From an uncultured Haloferula sp. (GTDB lineage Bacteria > Verrucomicrobiota > Verrucomicrobiia > Verrucomicrobiales > Akkermansiaceae): DNA of 64,000 bases. This document shows positions 50,158 through 59,743 of this stretch, in pieces. Positions within the stretch are counted from its first letter, which is position 1, and every line of letters starts with the position of its first letter. Below the pieces are notes generated by a model. The model made no database searches. It was not told the DNA's origin and saw nothing but the letters and a program-made list of their open reading frames with translations. Both the position numbers and the translations under genes were made by a program. The stretch lies in NCBI GenBank assembly GCA_965652295.1, contig CBFGTS010000001.1:224001-288000 (forward strand), in the 5' to 3' direction.

Positions 50158-50336
50158 GCGCTGCCTGGATGGTTACAGCCGATTTTACACGGAGGAACTG
50201 AGATCACTGAGTCCCGATGGATTTCATGTTTTAACGCCATTTTGTGACCTCCGTCTTCCATTTCTCCCTGTGGCAAAGGCGTGAATCAGTTTTTCCAGCC
50301 TTGGCGCGATCTGCGTCTTGGCGATGAATCGTTACT

Positions 50337-51464
50337 GTGAGCAGCAAAGGCAAAAAGCCGGAGTGGGTGCCGGAGGATGACCACCACGGCACCTACGCCA
50401 GTGAGGTGAAACCCGGCGTGCCGGGGGGGCATGACGGTTTGCCGGGTAAAGGGATGGCGTTTTCCGCGGCACCGCGGAAACGTCATGCGGCGCTGACCGC
50501 GGATGAGGCGATCAGGGGAATCCTCTCTTCCAACAGAACCATCCTCGCCCGGGCGATCACCATGATCGAAAGCCGGGCGGCGACGCACCGGGAGGTGGCG
50601 GCGGAAATCCTGCGCGGGTGTTTGCCGCATTCGGGCCGATCGATCCGCATCGGCATCACCGGTGTGCCGGGCGCGGGGAAAAGCACCTTCATCGAGCGCT
50701 TCGGGCTGGATCTTTGCGAAGCGGGGCATCGCGTGGCGGTGTTGGCGGTCGATCCGACCAGCGCGGTCAGCGGTGGCAGCGTGCTGGGGGACAAGACACG
50801 GATGGAGGAGCTTTCGCGGCATCCCTCGTCCTTCATCCGGCCGTCACCGGCGGGCGGCACGCTGGGCGGGGTGGCGGCGCGCACGCGGGAAACGATGCTG
50901 CTGTGCGAGGCGGGGGGGTACGACGTGATCCTCGTCGAGACGGTCGGCGTCGGTCAGAGCGAGGTGGCCGTGCGGACGATGGTCGATTTTTTCCTACTGC
51001 TGCAGATCGCGGGTGCGGGCGACGAACTCCAGGGCATCAAGAAGGGCGTGATCGAAATGGCCGATGCGATCGTGGTCAACAAAGCCGACGGCGACAACCG
51101 GACCCGGGCGGAGATCGCGCGCGGCGAGTATGAGCGGGTGCTGCACTACCTTCATCCCTACACGCCGGGCTGGACGCCGCAGGCGCTTGCTTGCTCGGCG
51201 TTCGATGGCAGCGGCGTGACGGCGATCTGGGAAATGATCGAGGGATTCCGCGCGCAGTTGGAGGAAGCGGGAACCTGGACGGCGCGCCGGCACGAGCAGA
51301 ACGTGCAGTGGTTTCACTCGCTGCTGAAGGACGCGGTGCTGGCGAGATTCTTCGAGTCGGAAGCTGCGGAGGCGCTGCCCGCCCTCGAAACGGACGTCGC
51401 CAGCGGGAAGGTTTCTGTCACGGAAGCTGTGCATCGGCTTCTGGGAGGAAGCATCGTGGCCTGA
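50337..51464 (+). CDS. meaB: Methylmalonyl-CoA mutase-associated GTPase
   Basis: GITGVPGAGKST, AVDPTS..SGGSVLGDKTRM, ETVGVGQSE, NKAD. Confidence 0.95.
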   Translation: MSSKGKKPEWVPEDDHHGTYASEVKPGVPGGHDGLPGKGMAFSAAPRKRHAALTADEAIRGILSSNRTILARAITMIESRAATHREVAAEILRGCLPHSGRSIRIGITGVPGAGKSTFIERFGLDLCEAGHRVAVLAVDPTSAVSGGSVLGDKTRMEELSRHPSSFIRPSPAGGTLGGVAARTRETMLLCEAGGYDVILVETVGVGQSEVAVRTMVDFFLLLQIAGAGDELQGIKKGVIEMADAIVVNKADGDNRTRAEIARGEYERVLHYLHPYTPGWTPQALACSAFDGSGVTAIWEMIEGFRAQLEEAGTWTARRHEQNVQWFHSLLKDAVLARFFESEAAEALPALETDVASGKVSVTEAVHRLLGGSIVA

Positions 51465-51494
51465 GCGGGACTCTCATGTCCCAAGGGCGCTTCG

Positions 51495-52055
51495 TCACAC
51501 CCTGAGGCATCCGCGGAAACCACGGGCGGCGTAGTAGGACTCGGCACCATTGTGGTAGATGAAGGTGCGGCCGAAGCGGCGGTCGCCGAAGATCGCGCCG
51601 CCGAGCTTGCGGATGTCATCCGGAGTTTTCAGCCAGCTGGAGGTCTTCAGGTCGAATTCGCCGAGCGTCTGGAGCTGGTAGTATTGCTCCTCGGTGAGAA
51701 TTTCAACGCCCATGGCGGAGGCCATGCCCATGGCGCTGTTGCGCGGTTTGTGCTGCTTGCGGGATTCGAGTGCCTGCGGGTCGTAGCAGAGAGAAGTGCG
51801 GCCCTTGGGGCTTTCCGGCGAGCAGTCGAAGAAGAGGATTTCGCCGGTTTCGGGATCGCATCCAACGGCATCGGGCTGGCCGTCGGTTTCCTCCATGAGG
51901 TGGAGCGAGCGGAGCTTGGCGGGATGGTCTTCGAGGCGGGCCAGCACGGTTTCCCACTCGATGCCTTGGTGGCGATGCGGATTCTTGGCGAAGCGCTCTT
52001 TCAAGGTATCGAGCAGAGCCACCTGTTCGGTTTTGGAAAGATGTCGGCTTTTCAT
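51495..52055 (-). CDS. DUF4256 family protein
   Basis: RF.KN.HRH..I.W, ME.T.G.PD, DCS.ESP.GR.SLCYD, FDLKTSSW, YHNGAESYY.ARGFRG. Confidence 0.85.
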   Translation of the reverse strand: MKSRHLSKTEQVALLDTLKERFAKNPHRHQGIEWETVLARLEDHPAKLRSLHLMEETDGQPDAVGCDPETGEILFFDCSPESPKGRTSLCYDPQALESRKQHKPRNSAMGMASAMGVEILTEEQYYQLQTLGEFDLKTSSWLKTPDDIRKLGGAIFGDRRFGRTFIYHNGAESYYAARGFRGCLRV

Positions 52056-52250
52056 TTTTCCAAGGAAGAATCATCACACGGTTTCCAAGGGCAAGGCAAT
52101 CCGTGGGCAGGGTGATCAAGTCTGGGAGAATGGTGAGCACCAACCATTCCGATTTCCCCGCAGATGAACGCTGATGCAGACATCCAGGTTTCCAAGTTGC
52201 TTTTTCCATCACCGATGCGCGGGTGCCTGGCAGACAAAGGAGTGAGGCCA

Positions 52251-53672
52251 CTAGAGCAGCCACCAGGCGAGCAGGGTGAGCAGGACGGCGAAGACGAGGT
52301 TGAGCACCAGCCCGGCCCGCATCATCTGGCGCTGGGTGACGAGGCCGGAGCCGAAGACGATGGCGTTCGGCGGGGTGGCGATGGGGAGCATGAAGGCACA
52401 GGAGGCGGCCAGGGCGATGGGGAGGACGAGGGCTTTCGGCGGAAACCCCATGTCGGCGGCCACGGCGGCGAAGATGGGGACCATGAGCGCGGTGCTCGCG
52501 GTGTTGCTGGAGAGTTCGGTGAGGAAAATCATGAAGAGGACGAGGGCGCCGATGAGCAGGATGGGCGGCCAGGTTTCAGCAAAGCCGCGCAGGCGGTCGG
52601 CGAGGTAGGCGCTGGCTCCGGTGACGCCGAGAATCTTGCTGAGGGTCAGACCGCCGCCGAAGAGCAGCAGCACGCCCCAGTCGGTGGCGCTTTCGATGTC
52701 GCGCCAATCGACCAGTCGGGCGAGGGCGAGGATCAGCAACGCGGAAACGGCGACGACGGTGTCGAAGGACGAATCGATGCCGAAGAACCGGGCGAGGGGA
52801 TCGCCGCCAAGCCAGGCGGCAATGGCGGCGAGGAAGATCGCGAGCGTGGCGATGCGGGGGCGGGTGAAGTCAAAGGTCCGGGCGGAGACCTCGAAACGCG
52901 GAATGTTTCCGGGCCGGGTGACGAACCTCAGGAGGACGAAGAGGACGGGCAGCAGGAGAGCCACGACCGGAAGCCCGATGGCCAGCCACTGGCTGAAGCC
53001 GATCTTGAGATTGGCCGCGGCAATGGCGTTCGGCGGGCTGCCGATCAGGGTGCCCATGCCGCCGATGCCGGCCGAATAGGCGATCCCCAGGAGAAGGTAG
53101 GGAGCGGCGCGTGAAAAGCTGGCATCGTCCTCGCGCTCGCGGATGGTGGCGAGGACGCCGACCGCGACGGGAAGGAGCAGGGCCACGGTGGCCGTGTTCG
53201 ATACCCACATGGAGAGAGCGGCCGAGACCAGGAAAAGAGCGATGGCGGTGGTGTGGAAACGCCCGCGGCCGACGAGCAGGATGCGACCGGCGATCCAGCG
53301 GTCGAGCCCCTGCCGCGAGAGCGAGGCGGCGAGCCCGAAGCCGCCGAGGAAGAGGAAGATGAGCGGATGGGAAAAGCCGGAGAAGGCGGCGGTGACATCG
53401 AGCGTCGCGGTGAGGGAGGCGACGACCGGAACCAGAATGGCGGTGAGGGCGAGGGGCAGTGCCTCGGTGAGCCAGAGGATCGCGGCGAGGGCGAGGATGG
53501 CGAGGCCCTTGCGCACGTTGTCGGGATCGGTGCCATCCGGCAGCTCGCCAAGGGGCAGCCGGTGGCGAATGAGGAAGAACAGCAGAAACCCGGCCGCGAC
53601 CGTGAGCTGCTTGCCGAACCGGAAAGCCGGAGCGTCGCTCGTCGCGGGCGCGGGTGGTCCATTCCCCTTCAC
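52251..53672 (-). CDS. SLC13/DASS family Na+:dicarboxylate (or sulfate) symporter
   Basis: WLTEALP, FLFLGGF, SMWVSNTAT, GSPPNAI, DWGVLLLFGGGL, TELSSNTA, AFMLPIATPPNA. The start is approximate. Confidence 0.9.
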   Translation of the reverse strand: MKGNGPPAPATSDAPAFRFGKQLTVAAGFLLFFLIRHRLPLGELPDGTDPDNVRKGLAILALAAILWLTEALPLALTAILVPVVASLTATLDVTAAFSGFSHPLIFLFLGGFGLAASLSRQGLDRWIAGRILLVGRGRFHTTAIALFLVSAALSMWVSNTATVALLLPVAVGVLATIREREDDASFSRAAPYLLLGIAYSAGIGGMGTLIGSPPNAIAAANLKIGFSQWLAIGLPVVALLLPVLFVLLRFVTRPGNIPRFEVSARTFDFTRPRIATLAIFLAAIAAWLGGDPLARFFGIDSSFDTVVAVSALLILALARLVDWRDIESATDWGVLLLFGGGLTLSKILGVTGASAYLADRLRGFAETWPPILLIGALVLFMIFLTELSSNTASTALMVPIFAAVAADMGFPPKALVLPIALAASCAFMLPIATPPNAIVFGSGLVTQRQMMRAGLVLNLVFAVLLTLLAWWLL

Positions 53673-53901
53673 CCTGATAGAGAAACGACAAGTCGAGCCT
53701 CAGGCCAAGCGTAACCGAGAAGACGCGGATGTTTTCACAGGAAGTCGATGTGATCCTCTATGCGTGTTTCACTCGCGGGCACCCACTCGTGAGAAAAGAG
53801 GAGTGCGCCCCTTGTCTCGTTGTCTATTTGGGCCGAGGTCGGCTACACCTTTAAACGCCCGCTCGCGCGCCCTTGTCCAAGCGTGCGATGATCGCCGAGT
53901 C

Positions 53902-54537
53902 TCACGGCTCCGTCTTTTCGCGTGCGGACCTATTCCGCCGGGCAAAAAGGAAGAGCAGCGCGCCGGACCCCAAGGCGCAGGCCTCCGGCTCCGGGACGGC
54001 CGTGTAGGCGACGAGATTGTCGATGCCGTAGATGTCGTTAGCACTTCCGGCATCGCTGATCGTGAAGGTGGTGAACGGCGTGTCGCTGATAAATCCCCGG
54101 AACTCGGTCGTGTCCGTCGTGGGCATCGAGAAGGTGATGTTTGCATCCCCGGTAGCGGCCGTGAACGTGTGCCCAACGCCCTGCGAACGCGGATTCACCT
54201 GGAAACCAAAGGCAATGACCGCCGAATCGAAGGTGAACGTGACAGGCCGGCTTTCGTTGACCTGGAACCGGAGATATCCAGTGCCGTCGATGGTATTCGT
54301 TAAATTCGAATTCGGAAATGCTGCGATGGCATTCCCGGAAATTACAACATCGGTCCGGGTGATGGTCGAACCGACCTTGGAGCCTGTGTCCAGATCGTCG
54401 GTGAACTCCACGGTGCCTGCTGCCTGAGCGGCGGTCGTGAAAGCCGACTCGGTGGTGTGGAGAGAGAGGGCGCCGTGAGAGGAGATGGCCGACAAAGCGA
54501 CCGCAGAACAAAAGCAGAAGGAGAAACACAAACGCAT
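53902..54537 (-). CDS. PEP-CTERM surface protein, hypothetical
   Basis: Signal peptide; Thr/Ser-rich beta domain (AFGF, FRG, IDN); VPEP + hydrophobic helix + RRNR. Confidence 0.8.
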   Translation of the reverse strand: MRLCFSFCFCSAVALSAISSHGALSLHTTESAFTTAAQAAGTVEFTDDLDTGSKVGSTITRTDVVISGNAIAAFPNSNLTNTIDGTGYLRFQVNESRPVTFTFDSAVIAFGFQVNPRSQGVGHTFTAATGDANITFSMPTTDTTEFRGFISDTPFTTFTISDAGSANDIYGIDNLVAYTAVPEPEACALGSGALLFLFARRNRSAREKTEP

Positions 54538-54809
54538 AGGGCATGGCAGGTCATTCGGAAGACGCTGTCAAACGAAAGCCTTCAGGAGTAGTTTTTCTTT
54601 TGAAGCGCGGGTCCGCGACGGTTAGATGCAGGTTACTGCTTCGTTGATCGCAGGATGTAGGATCAATCCAAGAGCCCTTTCCTTATTCGGTCGAAACTCC
54701 TTCAGGAGAAGCTCGAAACAGCTATCAACATGGGTCAAAACCTTCTCCTCCTCGCTCGACGCGGGATGGCTGAAGGAGGCAGGGCGTTCTTACCGAGCTA
54801 CGGTAAAGG

Positions 54810-55250
54810 TCATCCGCGGAGCGCTCCGGAGATCCGGGGGCGGGTCAGGCCGTGGAGGACCATCAGCGCGACGGTGGTGCCGTGGGGGAAATTCACCAGG
54901 CTGAGACAGGCGGTGAGGGCCACCCAGGTTCGTCCGCGGTTCTTGAGGCAGCAGATGCCGGCGGAGATCATGAGGAGGCCGATGATCCAGCCGAACATCA
55001 CCTGGAAGGACATGTAGGCGGCGAGAAGTTTGTTGAACCAGCCTCCGTGGGGGCTGCCGAAGGCGCTGTAGATTTCGGCGGGACTCATGATGGCGGTGGC
55101 GTTGACGGTCCAGGCCTGGATCATGGTGAGAAGCGAAAAGAGGACGGTCAGGACGCCGGCGACGATCTGGAGTTGGCCCACGAAGTAGAGGTAGCCTTCG
55201 CCGGGCTGGAAGGAGCGCACGGAGGGCGTGTGAGGGAGAGTTGCATTCAT
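54810..55250 (-). CDS. Hypothetical membrane protein
   Basis: Three to four hydrophobic segments; the G.C..NR......ACL....FP.GT pattern is typical of small membrane proteins. Confidence 0.65.
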   Translation of the reverse strand: MNATLPHTPSVRSFQPGEGYLYFVGQLQIVAGVLTVLFSLLTMIQAWTVNATAIMSPAEIYSAFGSPHGGWFNKLLAAYMSFQVMFGWIIGLLMISAGICCLKNRGRTWVALTACLSLVNFPHGTTVALMVLHGLTRPRISGALRG

Positions 55251-55441
55251 GGCGGTTCGAGTTCGGATTCGACCGGGCAAGGTGAACCCGTTTTGCATTT
55301 CATGCTACCGGAAGTTCACGGGCGGGGCCGCATGTCTTCCCGTTGTTGGAGATCCGATCCTCGCAGAGCAACGGAATGGGTTCCCCCATCACGTAGGCCG
55401 GACGTTCTTGTCGGAGCCTTTCGCCGGGCTAGCTTGGCGGA

Positions 55442-56593
55442 GTGCGATGGATGTTCCTGATGCTGTTTCTTTCCGTTGTCCTCGCCGAAGGACGGGTGTG
55501 GACGGACCGCGGCGGCCGGCAGTTCGAGGCGGAACTGGTAGGAGGATCCGGCGATGAACTGGTGATGGAGTTGGCCGGTGGAAAGCGGTTCAGCTTTTCC
55601 CTGAAGAATCTCTCCGCAGAAGATCAGACGTTCATCGCGGGCAGCGTCAGGGCCGTGAGCCAGGCCGAGCGCGGATCCAACTTGAGATCGCCCTGGCCGG
55701 ACGAGATCCGGCTGAGAGCAAGAAGCCGGGTGTCGGTGGTGGAGGAGAACCGGGATTCGGCGAGATATGTCTATGAAAGCGATCACTACCGTTTCTTGTG
55801 CAACGTGCGGCTGACCCGCGATGTGATCGAGAACTTCGCGGTGCTGTTCGAGACGACGTATGAGTTCTGTCAGGCGCTGCCGTTGGAGCTGCTGCGCTCG
55901 GGCGGCGGGTCGCGGCTTGAGGTGATCCTGCTGGAAACCGAGGAGGACTATTTCCGTGCGGGCGGGTCCCTGGGTTCGGTGGGATGCTTTTTTCCCGCCA
56001 CGCGACGGGTGATGGCTCCGCTCTCAAGTTTGGGCGTCGCCAAAATAGCTGGCGGTTACCGGCTGGACCGCGAGCGGGTGAACATGGTGTTGGTCCATGA
56101 ACTGACCCACCAACTCACACCGGATGCCTACTACCAGCCGGGGGTGAGAGGGTGGTTCTGCGAAGGGCTGGCCGAGTATGTGGCCACGACCCCTTATCTG
56201 TGGGGCTACTTCGATGTCGATCCGCACGGAAACGCGGCGAAGGCTTATGTTTCGGCCCACGGTTTGAAGCAGAACTTTGGCAGAGTGCTGGGAACGGAAA
56301 TCGCGGTGCCGCCCGTGGAGGCTTTCATGAACCAGGCGTATTCGAGCTTTTCCGGCGGCGCGGCCAATCGGAATTACGGACTCGGGCTCCTGATGGTGCA
56401 CCATTTCTTCCATTTCGACGGCCAAGGGGATGCGAGACGGATCCGGGCATTTCTTAATGCTCTGAACCGTCGGCAACCGATGGAGACGGCGATGGCGGCG
56501 CTGCTGGACGGGCGGACCTTCAAGCAGGTGGAGCAGGAGATCGCCGCGGCGTGGAGGGCGAAGGGGTTGACGATCCGGTTTCCGGAGTCGTGA
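55442..56593 (+). CDS. Secreted gluzincin-like metallopeptidase with SHD1-like N-terminal domain
   Basis: Signal peptide; RVWTDRGGRQFEAEL..LSAEDQ; HELTHQ ... WFCEGLAEY. Confidence 0.78.
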   Translation: MRWMFLMLFLSVVLAEGRVWTDRGGRQFEAELVGGSGDELVMELAGGKRFSFSLKNLSAEDQTFIAGSVRAVSQAERGSNLRSPWPDEIRLRARSRVSVVEENRDSARYVYESDHYRFLCNVRLTRDVIENFAVLFETTYEFCQALPLELLRSGGGSRLEVILLETEEDYFRAGGSLGSVGCFFPATRRVMAPLSSLGVAKIAGGYRLDRERVNMVLVHELTHQLTPDAYYQPGVRGWFCEGLAEYVATTPYLWGYFDVDPHGNAAKAYVSAHGLKQNFGRVLGTEIAVPPVEAFMNQAYSSFSGGAANRNYGLGLLMVHHFFHFDGQGDARRIRAFLNALNRRQPMETAMAALLDGRTFKQVEQEIAAAWRAKGLTIRFPES

Positions 56594-56606
56594 CCCTCCG
56601 GGCTCC

Positions 56607-57239
56607 TCAGCGTTGGAGCACGATGAGGTGGTTGTTGAAGGGGGTGCCGCCCCAGAGGGGAGAAATACGGACCTCGCCGTAGTTGGAGAGGATGCGTTGG
56701 AGGTCGGGGCCGCTGGGGTAGTGGGTGGGGGCGGCTTTCATCCAGAAGGTGCATTTGGCGAGGAGATCGCCGGCGACGGTGGCGCGGTAGCGCCAGGAAT
56801 CGCCCCGCAGGCACGAGCGGATCACCAGTTTGCCGCCGGGAGCGACGCGTGCGGCGGCGAACTGGAGGAGGGTCTCGATTTCCTCCGGGGTGAAGAACTG
56901 GAGGATGTCGAGGATGGTGACGTTGCCGCGGTGATCGGGCAGGCCTTGGCGGGCGTCGTGGAAGGCGAAGCTGAGGTCCTGGAGTCCGCGCTCGGTCGAG
57001 AGGCGGTTGGCTTCGTCGATTTTACGGCGGTCGTAGTCGAGGGAGTGGATCGGGACCTGCACGCCTTTTTCCCGCAGGAAGAACGCGAGCACGCCGAGGC
57101 CGCAGCCGAGGTCGAGGAGGGGCAGCGGGCTGTCTCCGATCTCGGCCAGAACGGCCTCGTAGAGGGGATCGGAGCGGAGTTTGGCGGCAACGTAGTGGCC
57201 GTCCCAAGTCCGGCGGAGGCGGGAGTAGACGGCATTCAT
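56607..57239 (-). CDS. Class I SAM-dependent methyltransferase
   Basis: LLDLGCGLG, DYD, D, PGGKLVI; ATGA overlap with the upstream GT2. Confidence 0.82.
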   Translation of the reverse strand: MNAVYSRLRRTWDGHYVAAKLRSDPLYEAVLAEIGDSPLPLLDLGCGLGVLAFFLREKGVQVPIHSLDYDRRKIDEANRLSTERGLQDLSFAFHDARQGLPDHRGNVTILDILQFFTPEEIETLLQFAAARVAPGGKLVIRSCLRGDSWRYRATVAGDLLAKCTFWMKAAPTHYPSGPDLQRILSNYGEVRISPLWGGTPFNNHLIVLQR

Positions 57240-58009
57240 CGTTCGTGCGGAGGACTGAGGTGGAGGAGGGGATTGGGACCGCGCAGGAGAAGCCAGGGGA
57301 GGCGTGCGAGGAAACCCAGGAAAAGCCTGAGGTGCATCCAGGTGAGAAGGGTGTTGTCCCGCAGATAACGGAACTGCGAGACGCCTCCTTGCTCCGCGCT
57401 GAGATAAAGCACGGGGGTGGGCAGGTTGATGATGGGGATGCCCTTCCAGGCGAGGCGGACGGCGACTTCGGGATCGAAATCGAAGCGGCGGGCGAAGGGG
57501 GTTTCGCCGAAGACGTCGAGCAGCGGGCGGATGGGATAGACACGCATGCCGAAGAGCGAGTCGTCGATGCCCCAACCAAGGGTTTCGAGATTGGCCCAGA
57601 AGTTGGAGATCTTGCGGCCGTTGACGCGGAGGGCGGGCGCGGAGGCGTCGAAGACGGGTCGGCCGAGCACGGTGGCCTCGGGATGACGGTGGACGATTTC
57701 CGCGAAGCGGGGCACGGCGTCGGCGGGATGCTGGCCGTCGGCATCCATGCACAGGGCGTGGGTGAAACCGAGTTCGGCGGCGTGGCGGATGCCTGCGAGG
57801 ACGGCGTTGCCCTTGCCGGCATTGGGGAAAAGACGGAGGACGGTGAGATCGGCGGAGAGCGATTCGAGGCCGGCGTCAGAGCCATCCGTGGAGCCATCGA
57901 TCACGACCAGGACCGGAACGCCGGTGCCCAGGGCGCCTGTGACGGTTTCGCGCAGGAGGGGCCCGGTGTTGTAGGATGGGATGAGGATGGTGAGGCGCGG
58001 CGCTGCCAT
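57236..58009 (-). CDS. Glycosyltransferase family 2
   Basis: ILIPSYN, IDGSTDGS, GKGNA, MDADGQH, DSLFGMRVYP. Confidence 0.88.
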   Translation of the reverse strand: MAAPRLTILIPSYNTGPLLRETVTGALGTGVPVLVVIDGSTDGSDAGLESLSADLTVLRLFPNAGKGNAVLAGIRHAAELGFTHALCMDADGQHPADAVPRFAEIVHRHPEATVLGRPVFDASAPALRVNGRKISNFWANLETLGWGIDDSLFGMRVYPIRPLLDVFGETPFARRFDFDPEVAVRLAWKGIPIINLPTPVLYLSAEQGGVSQFRYLRDNTLLTWMHLRLFLGFLARLPWLLLRGPNPLLHLSPPHER

Positions 58010-58119
58010 GGACAGGGACCTTGTAGGGGGCGGGGAGGTGCAGCGACAAGCGCCGAGGGGGATTGCTGACTGAATCGTGGTTCGACTCCCGCCCGGGATA
58101 CGCCAAAGGTGGGGCTGCC

Positions 58120-58485
58120 ATGCGAGCGCGATTGTCCAAGATCTTCCATTTCGAAGCCGCCCACACGCTGCCGACTTTGCCGGAGGGGCATCCTTGCCGA
58201 CAGATGCACGGCCACAGCTTCAAGGTGGTGATCCACGTCGAGGGTGAGGTGAATGAGGCGATCGGATGGGTTTACGATCACAAGGAGATCACGAAGGCGA
58301 TGGAGCCGTTGCTCGACTTGCTCGATCACGCCTACCTGAACGACATCGAGGGGCTGGAGGGGCCGACGATCGAGCGGATCGCGGCGTGGTTCTGGCGGAA
58401 GCTCGATCCGGTGCTGCCGGGCTTGAAGGAGATCTGCGTGCATGAGACGCCGAATTCGAGCTGCTCGTTTTACGGGGAGTTCTGA
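58120..58485 (+). CDS. queD: 6-carboxy-5,6,7,8-tetrahydropterin synthase
   Basis: FEAAH.LP, C..MHGHS, LDH.YLNDI.GL..PT.E, ET. Confidence 0.9.
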   Translation: MRARLSKIFHFEAAHTLPTLPEGHPCRQMHGHSFKVVIHVEGEVNEAIGWVYDHKEITKAMEPLLDLLDHAYLNDIEGLEGPTIERIAAWFWRKLDPVLPGLKEICVHETPNSSCSFYGEF

Positions 58486-58533
58486 AATCTCCGACGGCCG
58501 GGGATTGGTGCGCGGCCTGCGAGGGGAGAGGGC

Positions 58534-59739
58534 ATGATTCCCGAGGAAGCGGTCGCGGGCGAGGCCGTTGAAGAAGAGAGTTTCGCCGACCGGAGATCGA
58601 GGTTCTGCAGTCTGCGGGACTCGGTGAATGTGATCAGCGTTTCGCAGGTCGGGTTGTTCATTCTGGCGCTGGCCTGGGTGCTCCACCAGAGCAAGGCGGT
58701 GCTGTTGCCTGTGGTGCTGGCGGCTCTGGTTTCGCTGGTGCTTTATCCGGTCTATCAGGCATTCCGGCGGCTCCGGTTGCCACGGATGATGGCCTCCCTG
58801 GTGACGGTGGCGGGGCTGGTGGGATTGCTGGGTTTCGGCACCTATCAGGTCGTCGAACCGGGTTCGCAGTGGATGGAATCGATTGATCGGGAGGTGGTCT
58901 CGCGGCGGATGCAGGAGGTCTTCCGGCCGATGCAGGAGGTGCAGAACGAGATCAAGGAGATGGCGAACCAGATGGAATCGGTGACCAGGGCACGTTCTCC
59001 GGGGAATGCGGAAAGCAACGGTGCTTCGGGGAGTGAGGTGCAGGTTGCAATCGAGGAGGAAAGAGGCTCCGTCGCGGAGGCGTCTGCCGGGGAGGACACG
59101 GGCCCGGTGGAGGTGCGGATCCGGGAGGATCCGCTGGATGCGGTGGTGAGGAGCACGCAGGAATTCGGAGTGGGGACGGTCGCTTTCATTTTCATCGTCC
59201 TGTTCAATCTGGCGTATGGAAACCGGATCCTGCGGCGGCTGAGCGAGGGCGATCACACGGCGGCGATCTTCGAACGGATGGGGGTCGACGTGGCGCGGTA
59301 TCTTTTCACCATCACGGCGATCAATTTCTGTCTCGGCGTGGCGATCGGGCTGGCGATGTGGGCGCTGGGGATGCCGAACCCGGCGCTGTGGGGGGTGCTG
59401 GGCATGGTGCTGAACTTCATCCCTTACCTCGGCGCGCTGACCGGGACGGGATTTGTGTTTCTGGCGGCGGCAGCCAGTTTTGACAGTGCGACTCATGTGT
59501 TGATGGTGCCTCTGGCTTACTTCAGTCTCACCGCGATGGAGGGAAATCTGATCACGCCGTTGGTGCTGGGCGAGCGCTTCCGATTGAACCCGCTGATCGT
59601 CTTTCTCTGGATTTTTGCCTGGGCGGGGTTCTGGGGGGTGGCGGGGATGTTGATTGCCATGCCGGCCTTGGTGACCTTCAAGATCGTTTGCGAAAACACG
59701 GCCACCATGGAGCGCTTCCGGCGGGTGCTAACCGCGTGA
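58534..59739 (+). CDS. AI-2E family transporter
   Basis: LLPVVLA, LNFIPYLG, EGNLITP, LNP, WG..G..IA.P. Confidence 0.88.
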   Translation: MIPEEAVAGEAVEEESFADRRSRFCSLRDSVNVISVSQVGLFILALAWVLHQSKAVLLPVVLAALVSLVLYPVYQAFRRLRLPRMMASLVTVAGLVGLLGFGTYQVVEPGSQWMESIDREVVSRRMQEVFRPMQEVQNEIKEMANQMESVTRARSPGNAESNGASGSEVQVAIEEERGSVAEASAGEDTGPVEVRIREDPLDAVVRSTQEFGVGTVAFIFIVLFNLAYGNRILRRLSEGDHTAAIFERMGVDVARYLFTITAINFCLGVAIGLAMWALGMPNPALWGVLGMVLNFIPYLGALTGTGFVFLAAAASFDSATHVLMVPLAYFSLTAMEGNLITPLVLGERFRLNPLIVFLWIFAWAGFWGVAGMLIAMPALVTFKIVCENTATMERFRRVLTA

Positions 59740-59743
59740 TGCC

